64,000 nucleotides of DNA, taken from assembly GCA_963847185.1 (NCBI GenBank), contig CAWJYV010000008.1, forward strand, positions 320,001 through 384,000, given 5' to 3'. Both the position numbers and the translations under genes were made by a program. The notes beneath the pieces were generated by a model. It was not told the origin of the DNA and searched no databases. It saw nothing but the letters and a program-made list of their open reading frames with translations. This DNA is from an uncultured Methanosarcinaceae archaeon. GTDB lineage: Archaea; Halobacteriota; Methanosarcinia; Methanosarcinales; Methanosarcinaceae. This document shows positions 1-10,082 of this stretch, piece after piece (the first letter of the stretch is position 1; every line of letters begins with the position of its first letter).

Positions 1-695
1 TAGTCGCTTTTCAGTTTTCCTGCAATCAGCTTTTCGTAATCAAAGCTTTCTGTGCAGAAGAGTCCGAGCACGAAACGAATTGATCTCTTGTAGGGGCTAA
101 CCAGCTGGTGGTCGGTTTCAAGCATTTTGCGGATTGCCTGGACTACACAGGGAACTCCAACAACTGCAATATTCCTGTACTTCCTTCTCACGACGGCTTC
201 CTTAAGGGAAGAGACGAGAGGGAGCCACCAGTTATAACGGCTTCCTGCCTGGGCGACGAGGGCTTCACTTTTGGTGATTACCATTGAGTGCGGTTTTAGA
301 GTCCAGGGGTCTTCAGTAACTGTAACTATGGCATCTACAAGGCCTGTGTCCAGGGCATTTGTAAGGATCGCAGTAACTGCTCCTCCGCTTTGTTTTCTTG
401 GGACGTCAAATTCGGCTTTCCCAGTAGTTATCTCCAGATAGTCTCCTAAAAGACTGGAAGGCTGTTCCTCGAGTCTGGGGCACACCTCATAGCAGGCGCC
501 ACAGGGTACATCATCAACAGCGGCTTTACAGTAGTTGTTGCTTTTTGGGTGTGTTGAATCGCCGCCTGTTTCGAAGTAAAGGGCATCAGCAGGGCAGACT
601 GCAATGCAGGCTCCACAACCTGAGCAGAGGCCTTCGTCCCAGACTTTTGATTTGAGGTCAAGGTAATTTTTACTGATTTCTTTCTTTTCTGCCAT
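1..695 (-). CDS. Coenzyme F420 hydrogenase/dehydrogenase beta subunit (FrhB-like) family protein, partial (runs off window start)
   Basis: Manual translation from ATG at 695: MAEKKEISKNYLDLKSKVWDEGLCSGCGACIAVCP...CGACYEVCP, GGAVTAIL, GSRY, VGVPC; follows the glutamate synthase genes. Confidence 0.85.
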   Translation of the reverse strand, partial: MAEKKEISKNYLDLKSKVWDEGLCSGCGACIAVCPADALYFETGGDSTHPKSNNYCKAAVDDVPCGACYEVCPRLEEQPSSLLGDYLEITTGKAEFDVPRKQSGGAVTAILTNALDTGLVDAIVTVTEDPWTLKPHSMVITKSEALVAQAGSRYNWWLPLVSSLKEAVVRRKYRNIAVVGVPCVVQAIRKMLETDHQLVSPYKRSIRFVLGLFCTESFDYEKLIAGKLKSD

Positions 696-700
696 TTCTG

Positions 701-1450
701 TCACTCCCAGACATATTTACTTGCAAAAGGTCGGCTGCTTGCAGGTGCGATCCTCGTATAGTTTGTGTCAAGGAACTCTTTTGGGTCATACCCGAACTGC
801 TCGCAGAAGCTCTTTATTACCGGAGTTATGCGTTCTAAGTCAGCTTCCGTAAATTTGAATTTCTTGGCTCCGACTCCAAGAAGGTAATCATCCACTTCTC
901 CTCGGATAATTATCTCTCCGCCATGGATTCCACTTCCTATGCCTCTGTCTGTCATGGCTTTTTCCTTTCCTATACCCAGCACAAGCACGAGGCCACCTGC
1001 CATATATTCTCCAAGGAAAGAGTGGGCTGTTCCGCCGACTACAAGTATGGGCCTAGCTTCAACCTCATACTGTTTCATATGGATACCACCACGGTAACCA
1101 ATATTATTCTTTATGAGGACTTTTCCTCCCCGCATGCTATGCGCAACTGCGTCTCCTGCACTTCCATGGATTACAAGCATACCGCTATCCATTGTATTGC
1201 CAGGGGCGTGTTCTGCGTTTCCATTTATTATGCAGGTTGGCCCGCTCATAAACATCCCTAAGTCTCCGCCCGGGACTCCGTTAATTATAATTCGGACATT
1301 GCCTCTTAATCCATCTCCAATAAAGCGCTGTCCGAGCACGTTATCAAGAATTATTTCCTCTACTCCGTCTGCAACTGCAGCCCTAATTTTCTGGTTAAGG
1401 GGGGTGTAGTGCATATATCTGGCATCGATTCTTACCGTCTTCATCTCCAT
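701..1450 (-). CDS. Glutamate synthase GXGXG (GltB3) subunit
   Basis: GXGXG beta-helix motifs, GEYMAGG; operon with the other glt subunits. Confidence 0.9.
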   Translation of the reverse strand: MEMKTVRIDARYMHYTPLNQKIRAAVADGVEEIILDNVLGQRFIGDGLRGNVRIIINGVPGGDLGMFMSGPTCIINGNAEHAPGNTMDSGMLVIHGSAGDAVAHSMRGGKVLIKNNIGYRGGIHMKQYEVEARPILVVGGTAHSFLGEYMAGGLVLVLGIGKEKAMTDRGIGSGIHGGEIIIRGEVDDYLLGVGAKKFKFTEADLERITPVIKSFCEQFGYDPKEFLDTNYTRIAPASSRPFASKYVWE

Positions 1451-2961
1451 CAGGCCCCCGCTGGCAGTACATCAAGGATTTTAAGCATTCCTTCATCCAG
1501 CATATATCCACGCAGACGGTCCCTGTTGCCGCGCAGGCTTTCTATACTGTTGATTCCTGCAGCTCCCATAAGCTCGCTCAGTTCAAGAGTCCAGCCGTGT
1601 ATCAGGTTTGAGACCTGCATTGCTCCTGCCTCTGGGTCAAGCCTGCTCACAAGGTCTGGACGCTGGGTAGCAATGCCCCAGGGACAGAGGTTTCTGTAAC
1701 AGTTGCCGCAGACCCTGCAGCCCAGAGCAACAAGTGCAGCAGTTCCTACGTATACAGCATCTGCTCCAAGCGCAATTGACTTGGCAAGATCAGCGCTGCT
1801 TCTTATTCCACCACTTGCAATAATCGAAATCTCGTTTCTTACACCCTGTTCTCTGAGTTTCTGATCAACACTTGCAATTGCAGCTTCAATAGGAATTCCT
1901 ACATGATCTCTGAAGACTTTCGGGGCTGCTCCTGTCCCTCCGCGGAAACCGTCAATGACCACAGCGTCTGCAGAGGAGCGTGCAATTCCTGCGGCGATAG
2001 GTGCTACGTTGTGCACGGCTGCAATCTTTACAAAGACCGGTTTCTTCCATTCGGTTGCTTCTTTCAGGCTCCTGATAAGCTGAACCAAGTCTTCAATACT
2101 GTAGATGTCATGATGAGGAGCCGGGCTGATTGCATCGCTGCCGAGGGGGATCATACGAGTCTTGGAGACTTCCTCGTTTACTTTTTCTCCTGGGAGATGT
2201 CCTCCGATTCCCGGTTTTGCTCCCTGCCCAATTTTTATCTCAATGGCTGCTCCCCTCTCAAGGTAATCAATATTTACACCAAAACGACCAGATGCTACCT
2301 GAACAATCATGTGGTCCTGATAGGGATAGAGTTCCTTATGTAATCCTCCTTCTCCTGTTCCCATGAAGGTCCCGGTTTCTTTTACTGCTTTTGCCATGCT
2401 GAGCTGGGAATTCAGGCTGATAGCTCCGAAACTCATGTGTCCGATCATGATAGGCGTATCAAGTTTGAGGTTTGGAGCAAGTTTTGTTTCCAGCTCTACA
2501 TCTCCACTCTCGGTCTTTCTGAATTTGAGTTTGGATGGTTTCTTCCCTATATAGGTCCTGAGCTCCATTGGTTCTCTCAGGGGATCAATACTCGGGTTAG
2601 TAACCTGACAAGCATCAAGAAGGAGTCGGTCATAGATAATTGGCAGATCCCTGGCGTTTCCCATCCCGGAAAGGATGATTTTTCCACTGCGGGCCTGGTT
2701 AATTATATCTTCTCTGGCTTCCCTTGTCCAGAGTGGATGGCTGCGGTAGTCTACTGGTTTTTCTGTAATGTTTATTGCGTCCCTCGGACACATGGCAACA
2801 CAGCGCAGACAGGCTGTACATTTCCTTGATTCTATCAGAATTTTGTCGTCTTCTCTGCGGTAAACACCGTATGAACAATTCTCAATGCAGCGTCCGCAGT
2901 CCATACACTGGTCGCGGTCAATGCTGACCTTAAACTTTGGGGGTACACTTCCGAGCGTCAT
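1450..2961 (-). CDS. Glutamate synthase FMN-binding subunit (GltB2) with N-terminal 2x[4Fe-4S] domain
   Basis: QVASGRFG, EIKIGQGAKPGIGGHLPG motifs; two CxxCxxCxxxC motifs. Confidence 0.95.
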   Translation of the reverse strand: MTLGSVPPKFKVSIDRDQCMDCGRCIENCSYGVYRREDDKILIESRKCTACLRCVAMCPRDAINITEKPVDYRSHPLWTREAREDIINQARSGKIILSGMGNARDLPIIYDRLLLDACQVTNPSIDPLREPMELRTYIGKKPSKLKFRKTESGDVELETKLAPNLKLDTPIMIGHMSFGAISLNSQLSMAKAVKETGTFMGTGEGGLHKELYPYQDHMIVQVASGRFGVNIDYLERGAAIEIKIGQGAKPGIGGHLPGEKVNEEVSKTRMIPLGSDAISPAPHHDIYSIEDLVQLIRSLKEATEWKKPVFVKIAAVHNVAPIAAGIARSSADAVVIDGFRGGTGAAPKVFRDHVGIPIEAAIASVDQKLREQGVRNEISIIASGGIRSSADLAKSIALGADAVYVGTAALVALGCRVCGNCYRNLCPWGIATQRPDLVSRLDPEAGAMQVSNLIHGWTLELSELMGAAGINSIESLRGNRDRLRGYMLDEGMLKILDVLPAGA

Positions 2962-4019
2962 TCAATAAACCTCCCGATAATGGGTTCTCCTGCCCTGGGA
3001 GTGTAGATACTCTTAACGTCTGGGTCAAGGGTTCTTATTGCGGCTTCTTCACTGGAAATATATAACCGGCTTCCGTTTTCACCAACAACCAGTGGGCGCA
3101 GTTTGATTCTGTCAGTAAAGCCAACAATGCCATCGTCTGTTCCGACTACAATTGCAAAGGGTCCATTCATAAGAGCAGACCCATAAGTAAGGCGGACTGC
3201 TTTATTTAGCCCGGCTTCTTTTGCAGGCATCCGGTCTATGTCGTCCCAAAAAGGAGGGGCAAGAGCTCGGACGACCATTTCATGAGAAAGCTCATGCTGC
3301 CTTCCAAGCAGGTCGAACAGATAGGCTACAACCTCAGTATCGGTAAAGAGGGTACATTTGTATCCGTAGCCTTCTACATAGCGCTGGTTTGTACCATATG
3401 ATGTGATTTCTCCGTTATGCACTACTGACCAGTTAAGAAGGTTGAAGGGGTGAGCTCCCCCCCACCAGCCAGGAGAGTTTGTAGGATAGCGATTATGTGC
3501 AAGCCATATATATCCCTTGTAATCCTCAATCCTGTAGAAGTTTGCCACATCCTCAGGCCATCCCGAAGCTTTGAAGACTCCCATATTTTTTCCGGAAGAA
3601 AAGATTGTGGCTCCTCTTACATTGGCGTTTACTTCCATAACTATATACTTAACGACGTCATTTTCAGAAGTCATTCTTCCTTTCATAAGGTCTTTTGAGG
3701 GTTTGAAAAAATATCTCCAGGGGGTATGTACCTTTTTTATACCGGGTTGCGGGTATGTCGGGATCTCTTCTTCGTGAACAATTTCTCCACATTGTAGGAG
3801 AAGTTCATCAACCTTCTTTTTTGGCTCAGCGAGGTTGTCAAAGAAAACATGAAGAGCATAATAGTCCGCATACTCGGGATAAATCCCATATGCTGCATAG
3901 CCTGCTCCGTCTCCACTGCCTCTTTCATTCATGAGACTAAGGGCGGCCTTTATGCTCGACCCGTCCATTCTGGACTTCGTTCTGTCTATAAAGCCTATTA
4001 TTCCACACATTTTGATCAC
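2958..4019 (-). CDS. Glutamate synthase class II amidotransferase subunit (GltB1)
   Basis: MCGI Ntn start (likely ATG 4010), HNRYPTN, AHPF, HNGEI motifs. Confidence 0.93.
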   Translation of the reverse strand: MIKMCGIIGFIDRTKSRMDGSSIKAALSLMNERGSGDGAGYAAYGIYPEYADYYALHVFFDNLAEPKKKVDELLLQCGEIVHEEEIPTYPQPGIKKVHTPWRYFFKPSKDLMKGRMTSENDVVKYIVMEVNANVRGATIFSSGKNMGVFKASGWPEDVANFYRIEDYKGYIWLAHNRYPTNSPGWWGGAHPFNLLNWSVVHNGEITSYGTNQRYVEGYGYKCTLFTDTEVVAYLFDLLGRQHELSHEMVVRALAPPFWDDIDRMPAKEAGLNKAVRLTYGSALMNGPFAIVVGTDDGIVGFTDRIKLRPLVVGENGSRLYISSEEAAIRTLDPDVKSIYTPRAGEPIIGRFIE

Positions 4020-4293
4020 TCTATAAATGAATAGGAATGAATGTAATGTAAAGTATATTCGTTAATAACTTTCTGGATGATTTCCGTGGCTCATTTTTAA
4101 GAAATAGTTCAAAAAATTTGCCAGCTGGGGATAAACTGGACCTCAGGGAAAATCTGTTATGAGTTTTTATCAGTTAGGTGGTCTTAATTTAATTGTCAAT
4201 ATGAATTATTTTATTAATATGAGTAAGTAGTGACGCTTTCAGCTCTGATTTTTCTCTCTGAATGGGTTGAGAGAGTTGCCGCTAAGGGAAGTA

Positions 4294-4326
4294 AGTAATT
4301 TAGTACCTATTTGGCAATATATATAT
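4294..4326 (-). promoter_or_regulatory. TATA box plus AGTA-N6-TACC operator-like site upstream of glt operon
   Basis: Same operator-to-TATA spacing as the glnA promoter (tacctat-N5-aatatatata). Confidence 0.55.
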
Positions 4327-4604
4327 GTTTCTTTTTTCCAAATTAGAAGTTCCAATATAATGCTGCGAAGCGAAGCGTTTTGACCTTCAATCTTCCTTTT
4401 TTCCTTTTGTAATTTTTCTTTTATAGAAACTTCTCAGCACATTACTTCTTTTTCTCCTAGGAGTCCAATATCACTTCTAGGTGGAACATACTCAAACTTT
4501 TCCCTTTTTTAAAAAACGAAATTATGGGAGAAATAGAGTTTTTTTCAGGAAAGCATTTTTATATCAATATCTTATTCACATTCAACTTCTTGAAATTATA
4601 TCTA

Positions 4605-4714
4605 ACTTGCGCAGTTGAGGTTCAAAATCAAGATCAATAGACATTACTGTCAAATTTATTATTTGGACAGTTGAAGGTTCAACGCCTTTGATTATTCAAT
4701 TCAGCTGCGTAAGT
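4605..4714. mobile_element. MITE-like element with imperfect 14 bp terminal inverted repeats
   Basis: acttgcgcagttga (4605-4618) ... tcagctgcgtaagt (4701-4714); no ORF inside. Confidence 0.55.
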
Positions 4715-4960
4715 ACTATTACATTTATTATTATGGTAGAAATTAATCAGTGATAAAAATTAGTCAGTGGTAAAAATTAGTCCGATGTTTACTATTTACA
4801 TCGAAGCCTTACTTTAAAAATCCTAACTATATTTTAAAATATATTCTTTAAAAGTAGAGACACACCTTTTCTGGCAGATGTGTCTGTGAGAATAAAATGT
4901 TTCTTCATTTGCACAGAGAACTTTTCTGGCATATGAAGAAGGTTTAGCACTCTTTTACGT

Positions 4961-6304
4961 TTACAGAGTAGGGAGGTATTTATCAAGTTCCCAGGAGTGA
5001 ACAACTGCTTTGTATTCGTTCCATTCAATCTCTTTCTCACAGAGGTAATGACTGAATACATGCTCTCCAAGTACTTCTTTTACGAATGTGCTGCTTTTCA
5101 TCTCATCGATTGCTTCCTTAAGGTCTGCAGGAAGGGAGAGGATGCCTCTTTCCTTACGTTCTTTTTCCGTAAGGTGGAAAATGTTCACGTTGGTAGGAGC
5201 TCCTGGTTCGATCTTGTTTTTTATTCCATCAAGACCAGCTCTGAGCATCAGGGCAAAGGCTAGATAAGGGTTGCATGATGGGTCTGGACATCTTAGTTCA
5301 ATTCTTGTACCGTTTCCACGGGTTGCGGGAATGCGGATCAAGGAGCTTCTGTTTTGTGCAGACCATGTGATGTAAACTGGCGCCTCATATCCGGGTACTA
5401 TCCTCTTATACGAGTTAACAATTGGGTTTGTAACAGCTGCAAATTCCCTTATGTGCTTTAACAGCCCGCCGATATAGTACATTGCGCTCTGGGAAAGCTG
5501 AGTTGGAGTGTCCGGGTCATAGAATACGTTCTTTCCATCCTTGAAGAGGGACTGGTTGCTGTGCATGCCCGAGCCGTTTACACCGAAGAGTGGCTTTGGC
5601 ATAAAGGTAGCATAGTATCCTTTGTGATAGGCTATTGACTTTACCACGTATTTGAAAGTTATAACATTGTCTGCCGTACTAAGTACATCGCCGAATCTAA
5701 AGTCAATTTCATGCTGTGAAGGGGCTACCTCATGATGGGAAGCTTCTATCTGGAATCCCATATGTTCGAGGGCGTAGTCAATGTCTCTTCTTACATCTTG
5801 AGCCCTGTCAAGAGGTGCGAAGTCGAAGTATCCGCCCTGATCTGTGAGCTCTGTGGTTGGGTTTCCGTTTGCGTCAAGTTTGAATAGGAAAAATTCCAGT
5901 TCAGGTCCTACATTCATTGAGAAGCCCATTTTCTCGGCTTCTTTGATTGCACTCTTAAGGACATACCTGGGGTCTCCTTCGAAAGGCCTTCCATCAGGAA
6001 GATAGACGTCTCCGAGAATTCTGGCTACTGCGCCTGTTGAAGGTCTCCAAGGGAGAATTCTAAAAGTAGATGGATCAAGCACAAGTTTCATGTCAGACTC
6101 TTCAATCCTTGTAAAGCCCTGGATCGAAGATCCGTCAAACATCACACCGTTTTCAAAAGCTTCTTCCAGTAGTTCTGCAGGAATTGCCCAGCTTTTGATG
6201 ATGCCGAGTGTATCCGTAAACTGAGTCCGGATAAACTTCACGTCTCGCTCTTTTACAGCCTCTAACACGTCTTCTTTGGTTGTACACTTTTTCATCTGCA
6301 CCAT
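4961..6304 (-). CDS. glnA: Glutamine synthetase type I
   Basis: FDGSS, HHEVA, FMPKP, NGSGMH, RIELRCPD motifs. Confidence 0.98.
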   Translation of the reverse strand: MVQMKKCTTKEDVLEAVKERDVKFIRTQFTDTLGIIKSWAIPAELLEEAFENGVMFDGSSIQGFTRIEESDMKLVLDPSTFRILPWRPSTGAVARILGDVYLPDGRPFEGDPRYVLKSAIKEAEKMGFSMNVGPELEFFLFKLDANGNPTTELTDQGGYFDFAPLDRAQDVRRDIDYALEHMGFQIEASHHEVAPSQHEIDFRFGDVLSTADNVITFKYVVKSIAYHKGYYATFMPKPLFGVNGSGMHSNQSLFKDGKNVFYDPDTPTQLSQSAMYYIGGLLKHIREFAAVTNPIVNSYKRIVPGYEAPVYITWSAQNRSSLIRIPATRGNGTRIELRCPDPSCNPYLAFALMLRAGLDGIKNKIEPGAPTNVNIFHLTEKERKERGILSLPADLKEAIDEMKSSTFVKEVLGEHVFSHYLCEKEIEWNEYKAVVHSWELDKYLPTL

Positions 6305-6327
6305 TTGATTTCATCCTCACTAGGCAT

Positions 6328-6361
6328 TAGGTAATCATTTACCTATCTAATAATATATATA
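6328..6361 (-). promoter_or_regulatory. glnA promoter: TATA box and palindromic operator taggtaa-tcat-ttaccta (GGTA-N6-TACC, NrpR-type)
   Basis: Perfect 7 bp inverted repeat at 6328-6345 just downstream of TATATATATT on the minus strand. Confidence 0.7.
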
Positions 6362-6616
6362 GTTTTCTACATTTTCTCTTTGATGAAGCATTCTAAAAGT
6401 TCCAAGTACATTGTATAATCCCTAAAAATCTTTATATGCATCATCCCCACTTACTTATATAATTTCTAATAACCTCTATATAAAGCTCATTCCGAAATGG
6501 ATTAATTTCTTAATCCGATTTGAATTTTGCCTTTCTGCTCTTTCCCCTTCCTAAAAAAACCTTAGAAGCTGAAATACGGAATTAAAACTATTATTTAATC
6601 CCAAAATTAATATTTA

Positions 6617-7129
6617 TTGAAGTATAAAATATTCTCGGAGTCTTATATGTTTAAGAGTGTGAATCTTCCTAAACTTTTTGCTTCGGTACTGCTCTGTCAG
6701 CTTGCAGGGTTAATAGGTTCAGTATTTACGAGTTCGTCTCTTGAGAACTGGTATTTTCTACTAGAAAAACCACCTTTCAATCCTCCTTCATGGGTCTTTT
6801 TCCCAGCCTGGACTGCTCTTTATACACTAATGGGGATCTCTCTCTATCTTGTTTTAGAAAAGGGACTGCAAAATTCAGAGGTCAAAAAGGGAGTATTAAT
6901 TTTCAGTATTCAGTTAGGGCTTAACTCTCTCTGGTCCTTTCTGTTTTTTGGGCTAAAATCTCCTTATTATGCCCTTGTAGAAATTATTCTTCTATGGCTT
7001 GCAGTCTTCCTGACAATACTTCAGTTTAGAACTATTTCAAAAAAAGCCTCTTATTTATTGCTCCCTTATATTATCTGGATCAGTTTTGCAGGGTTACTTA
7101 ATTACTATATCTGGATTCTAAACTCATAA
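6617..7129 (+). CDS. tspO: TspO/MBR family membrane protein
   Basis: WYxxLxKPxFNPPxW, LNxLWSxLFFG, LLPYxxWxxFA motifs; true start may be MFKSV. Confidence 0.92.
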   Translation: MKYKIFSESYMFKSVNLPKLFASVLLCQLAGLIGSVFTSSSLENWYFLLEKPPFNPPSWVFFPAWTALYTLMGISLYLVLEKGLQNSEVKKGVLIFSIQLGLNSLWSFLFFGLKSPYYALVEIILLWLAVFLTILQFRTISKKASYLLLPYIIWISFAGLLNYYIWILNS

Positions 7130-7307
7130 CTGAGAATAGGCTATGATTGAATATCTAAGCTGCTCGAAATTAACTGTCTAACCAATATAAGAGTCGTGAT
7201 TCTTTACTTCAATGATGATTTTTAATGCTTATCGATAAAAATTATAAGGAAAGTTTTCCTCGAGTTGAGAGGTAAACTTTCGAGTTTAAGGGTTTTGAGT
7301 ACTTACT

Positions 7308-7517
7308 TTATAGGGCTCCGCAGCCGCAACTTCTTCCCAGAAGGGTTGATACGCGGTGTTTTAAGTGATGAATATCATCCTCGGCCATATTCTCAAGCTC
7401 TTTCTTATGCTCTTTTTCTATATGGTCGAACATAGCTTTTTCAACCTCTTCCAGTTCGTTTCCAGCAGCCATGAAATTGCACTTGAACCCCAGATCGCCG
7501 CATTTTACTATCTTCAT
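7308..7517 (-). CDS. DUF1059-like small metal-binding protein
   Basis: CxDxGxxC...HxxxxH pattern, SD-like gaggag upstream. Confidence 0.75.
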   Translation of the reverse strand: MKIVKCGDLGFKCNFMAAGNELEEVEKAMFDHIEKEHKKELENMAEDDIHHLKHRVSTLLGRSCGCGAL

Positions 7518-7640
7518 AAGATCTCCTCTATACGAATAAATTTCATAAAAATTGCCTAAAAAATCGGTTTCAATTAACTATAATAAAAATTAATAGAATA
7601 TAAATTAAGTCTTTAAGGGCTTCTTTATGGAGTTCTCTTC

Positions 7641-7949
7641 TTATTCTATAGAAATATTTCTTGCGCAAATAAAACATTCTTTATATGGAACTTTAATTGT
7701 GAGCATTCCTTTGTTATTTACTGCAATAGTTTTTTCGGGGTCTACAGGTCCATCAAGAAAAAAGGACCCCATATATTCCACGTTATTACTGAAAGCTTTC
7801 AGGTAGAAGCTGTTTTCGTGCATAATAAGGGTTATGTGCTCATTCTCTACATCGGGAAGTTCAACTTCCAGGGTAAGGTTTTCGTGTTTATCATCGTGAT
7901 ACATTGCTATTATCGGAGTTTTCAATATCTTGGGTACAGGATTGTCCAT
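7641..7949 (-). CDS. Small heat shock protein (Hsp20/alpha-crystallin) family
   Basis: EVELPDV, VDPEK..A...GMLTIKVP pattern. Confidence 0.8.
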   Translation of the reverse strand: MDNPVPKILKTPIIAMYHDDKHENLTLEVELPDVENEHITLIMHENSFYLKAFSNNVEYMGSFFLDGPVDPEKTIAVNNKGMLTIKVPYKECFICARNISIE

Positions 7950-7989
7950 TTATACTCTCTCCCCTTTAAAATGTCTGCCCAATTGTCTC

Positions 7990-8275
7990 ATTAACTTATT
8001 TTTTCATACTCTATCTTTTCAAATTGTTGTTGGTAAGTGCTGTGACCCTAAGTGAACCGTGTGAGTAGCTAGCAACATGTTTTTCGGATCTATCGGGCAG
8101 CATATCGCGTAGCTGTCCGCGTATTCGACTCCCTTTTTGCTAGCCCTTAAATAAATTCGATTTTAGTAATCTTTACTGAAATTTTTTTCTTTTCTATTAT
8201 TGAAGAATTATTTCAATCTGCAGATTTTTGTATTCATCATCAGGATGTGCGCAGATAACAGAAGATAATCTCCAT
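7990..8275 (-). pseudogene. Frameshifted Hsp20 paralog
   Basis: Fragments in shifting frames: ICAHPDDEYKNLQIEIIL / YLRASKKGVEYADSYAICCPIDPK / HGSLRVTA align with the adjacent Hsp20 gene; ends approximate. Confidence 0.7.
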
Positions 8276-9062
8276 ATTTACCCCCTAAATGAATCACCAA
8301 TTAACGTATTTATACGTATCTTCTTCAACAATTGGTGCATTTTTAAGGAAAAATAATTCTTATTTTTATATTCAATCAAGAATAATCAATAGATTATTTC
8401 CAAAAGGCTGGAATTTTTCTAAATAAACTAGAAGCTGTATCAAAAGCTCCAAAAGTAGGAAAAGAAATAAGTTTTTCATTACAATGTTTGCCTTGTTTTT
8501 ACTTCTCATAAGCCCTTTTAGTAAGTTCAGGTTTCACGAGCGAGACTCCTGTACGAATGTAGAATATAAGTCCACTTATAGCAACAACTATACCAGAAAT
8601 AGTTCATATATATACTAATTTTTTATACAGCTTAAACATCTTCTCTTTTAATGCTCAAAAAAGCAGTTAGTAATCTTAGGATGTCAATTGACATTTTCCG
8701 TTTGATTCTGATTTGAGTAATTCCCTTTCATATAAACGTTTCCTCTCATGTTATTATACTTCTTATCTCTCAATGTGAATCGTTTCCAACAAAAAATTAA
8801 AAATAAAGTTCTCAGGAAACTGTTTCATAGAACAAAATACAATTAAACAATTCATGAGGTATCTTTGAAATATTCAAAACAGAAAATAAAGGATCTTCCA
8901 GATATTAGTTTAGAATCTTAATTTCCTATTTATATAAACCTTCCTAAACACAACTATTTGTGTAAAACTATTAAGATATTTGTTCAAACTCAATAATCTC
9001 AACAAATAAAACTATCGGGCATCATTGAAATTGGGATCTAATACGTTTGATAAAGCTGTGTA

Positions 9063-10082
9063 TTGCACGGCAGTGGGGGGAGTGATTCATTCATGACGGC
9101 GAATGTCATAGAAGTAAATAATCTTGAGCACAGTTATGGCGATTTAAAAGCTGTAGATAATATCAGTTTCACCGTAAAGGAAGGGGAAATATTTTCATTT
9201 CTAGGTCCGAATGGAGCGGGTAAGAGTACTGTAATAAATATTCTCACTACACTTCGGAAAATCCAGAAAGGTGAGGCTAAAGTTAATGGTTATGATGTGG
9301 CAAAGGAATCAAAGCATGTAAGAAAATCAATAGGTATTGTTTTTCAGATGATGTGCCTTGATTATGAAATGACTGTATGTGAAAATCTTGAGTATCATGG
9401 AAAGATATACTCAATGCCAAAAGAAGAAAGAAGAAAAAGAATAAACGAACTTCTTAAATTAACTGAACTGGAAAGTAAAAGGAATACTCTTGCTAAAGAC
9501 TTAAGTGGGGGCATGAAACGAAGGCTTGAACTTGCAAGAGGATTAATGACAAAACCTGCAGTTCTTTTTCTTGATGAGCCGACGATAGGTTTTGATATCC
9601 AGACCAGATTAAGAATGTGGGAATATTTGAGGGAGATTAAGAGAGAAGGCACAACCATATTCATGACCACTCATTATATGGAGGAAGCCGATCAGCTCAG
9701 TGACAGGATCAGTATTATTGATCATGGGAAAATCATTGTAACCGGGAGTGCATTGGAGTTAAAAAATCAGCTTGGAAAAGACCTTCTTTATCTGGAAACT
9801 AGTGATAATAAAGCTGCTGCAGAAGTTTTGAAGACTATCGAATCGGTAACTGGAGTAACTGATGACTCTAAATCCCTAAGGATAATGCTTGGGATAGATG
9901 TCACACATGTACTACCGAAAATTATAGACAGTATCAGGCAAAAAGGGATAGAGATCATAACAGTAAATATCAAAAAACCTTCTATGGATGATGTTTTCGT
10001 TCATTATACAGGGCATGATTTAAGAGAAGGCGGAACACAGGAAAAGCATGAAGGAGACGAAATTATGGAGGCATTGAAATGA
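9063..10082 (+). CDS. ABC-2 type exporter ATP-binding subunit (DrrA-like)
   Basis: GPNGAGKS, LSGGMKRR, FLDEPT, TTHYMEEA; likely start at MTANV. Confidence 0.95.
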   Translation: MHGSGGSDSFMTANVIEVNNLEHSYGDLKAVDNISFTVKEGEIFSFLGPNGAGKSTVINILTTLRKIQKGEAKVNGYDVAKESKHVRKSIGIVFQMMCLDYEMTVCENLEYHGKIYSMPKEERRKRINELLKLTELESKRNTLAKDLSGGMKRRLELARGLMTKPAVLFLDEPTIGFDIQTRLRMWEYLREIKREGTTIFMTTHYMEEADQLSDRISIIDHGKIIVTGSALELKNQLGKDLLYLETSDNKAAAEVLKTIESVTGVTDDSKSLRIMLGIDVTHVLPKIIDSIRQKGIEIITVNIKKPSMDDVFVHYTGHDLREGGTQEKHEGDEIMEALK

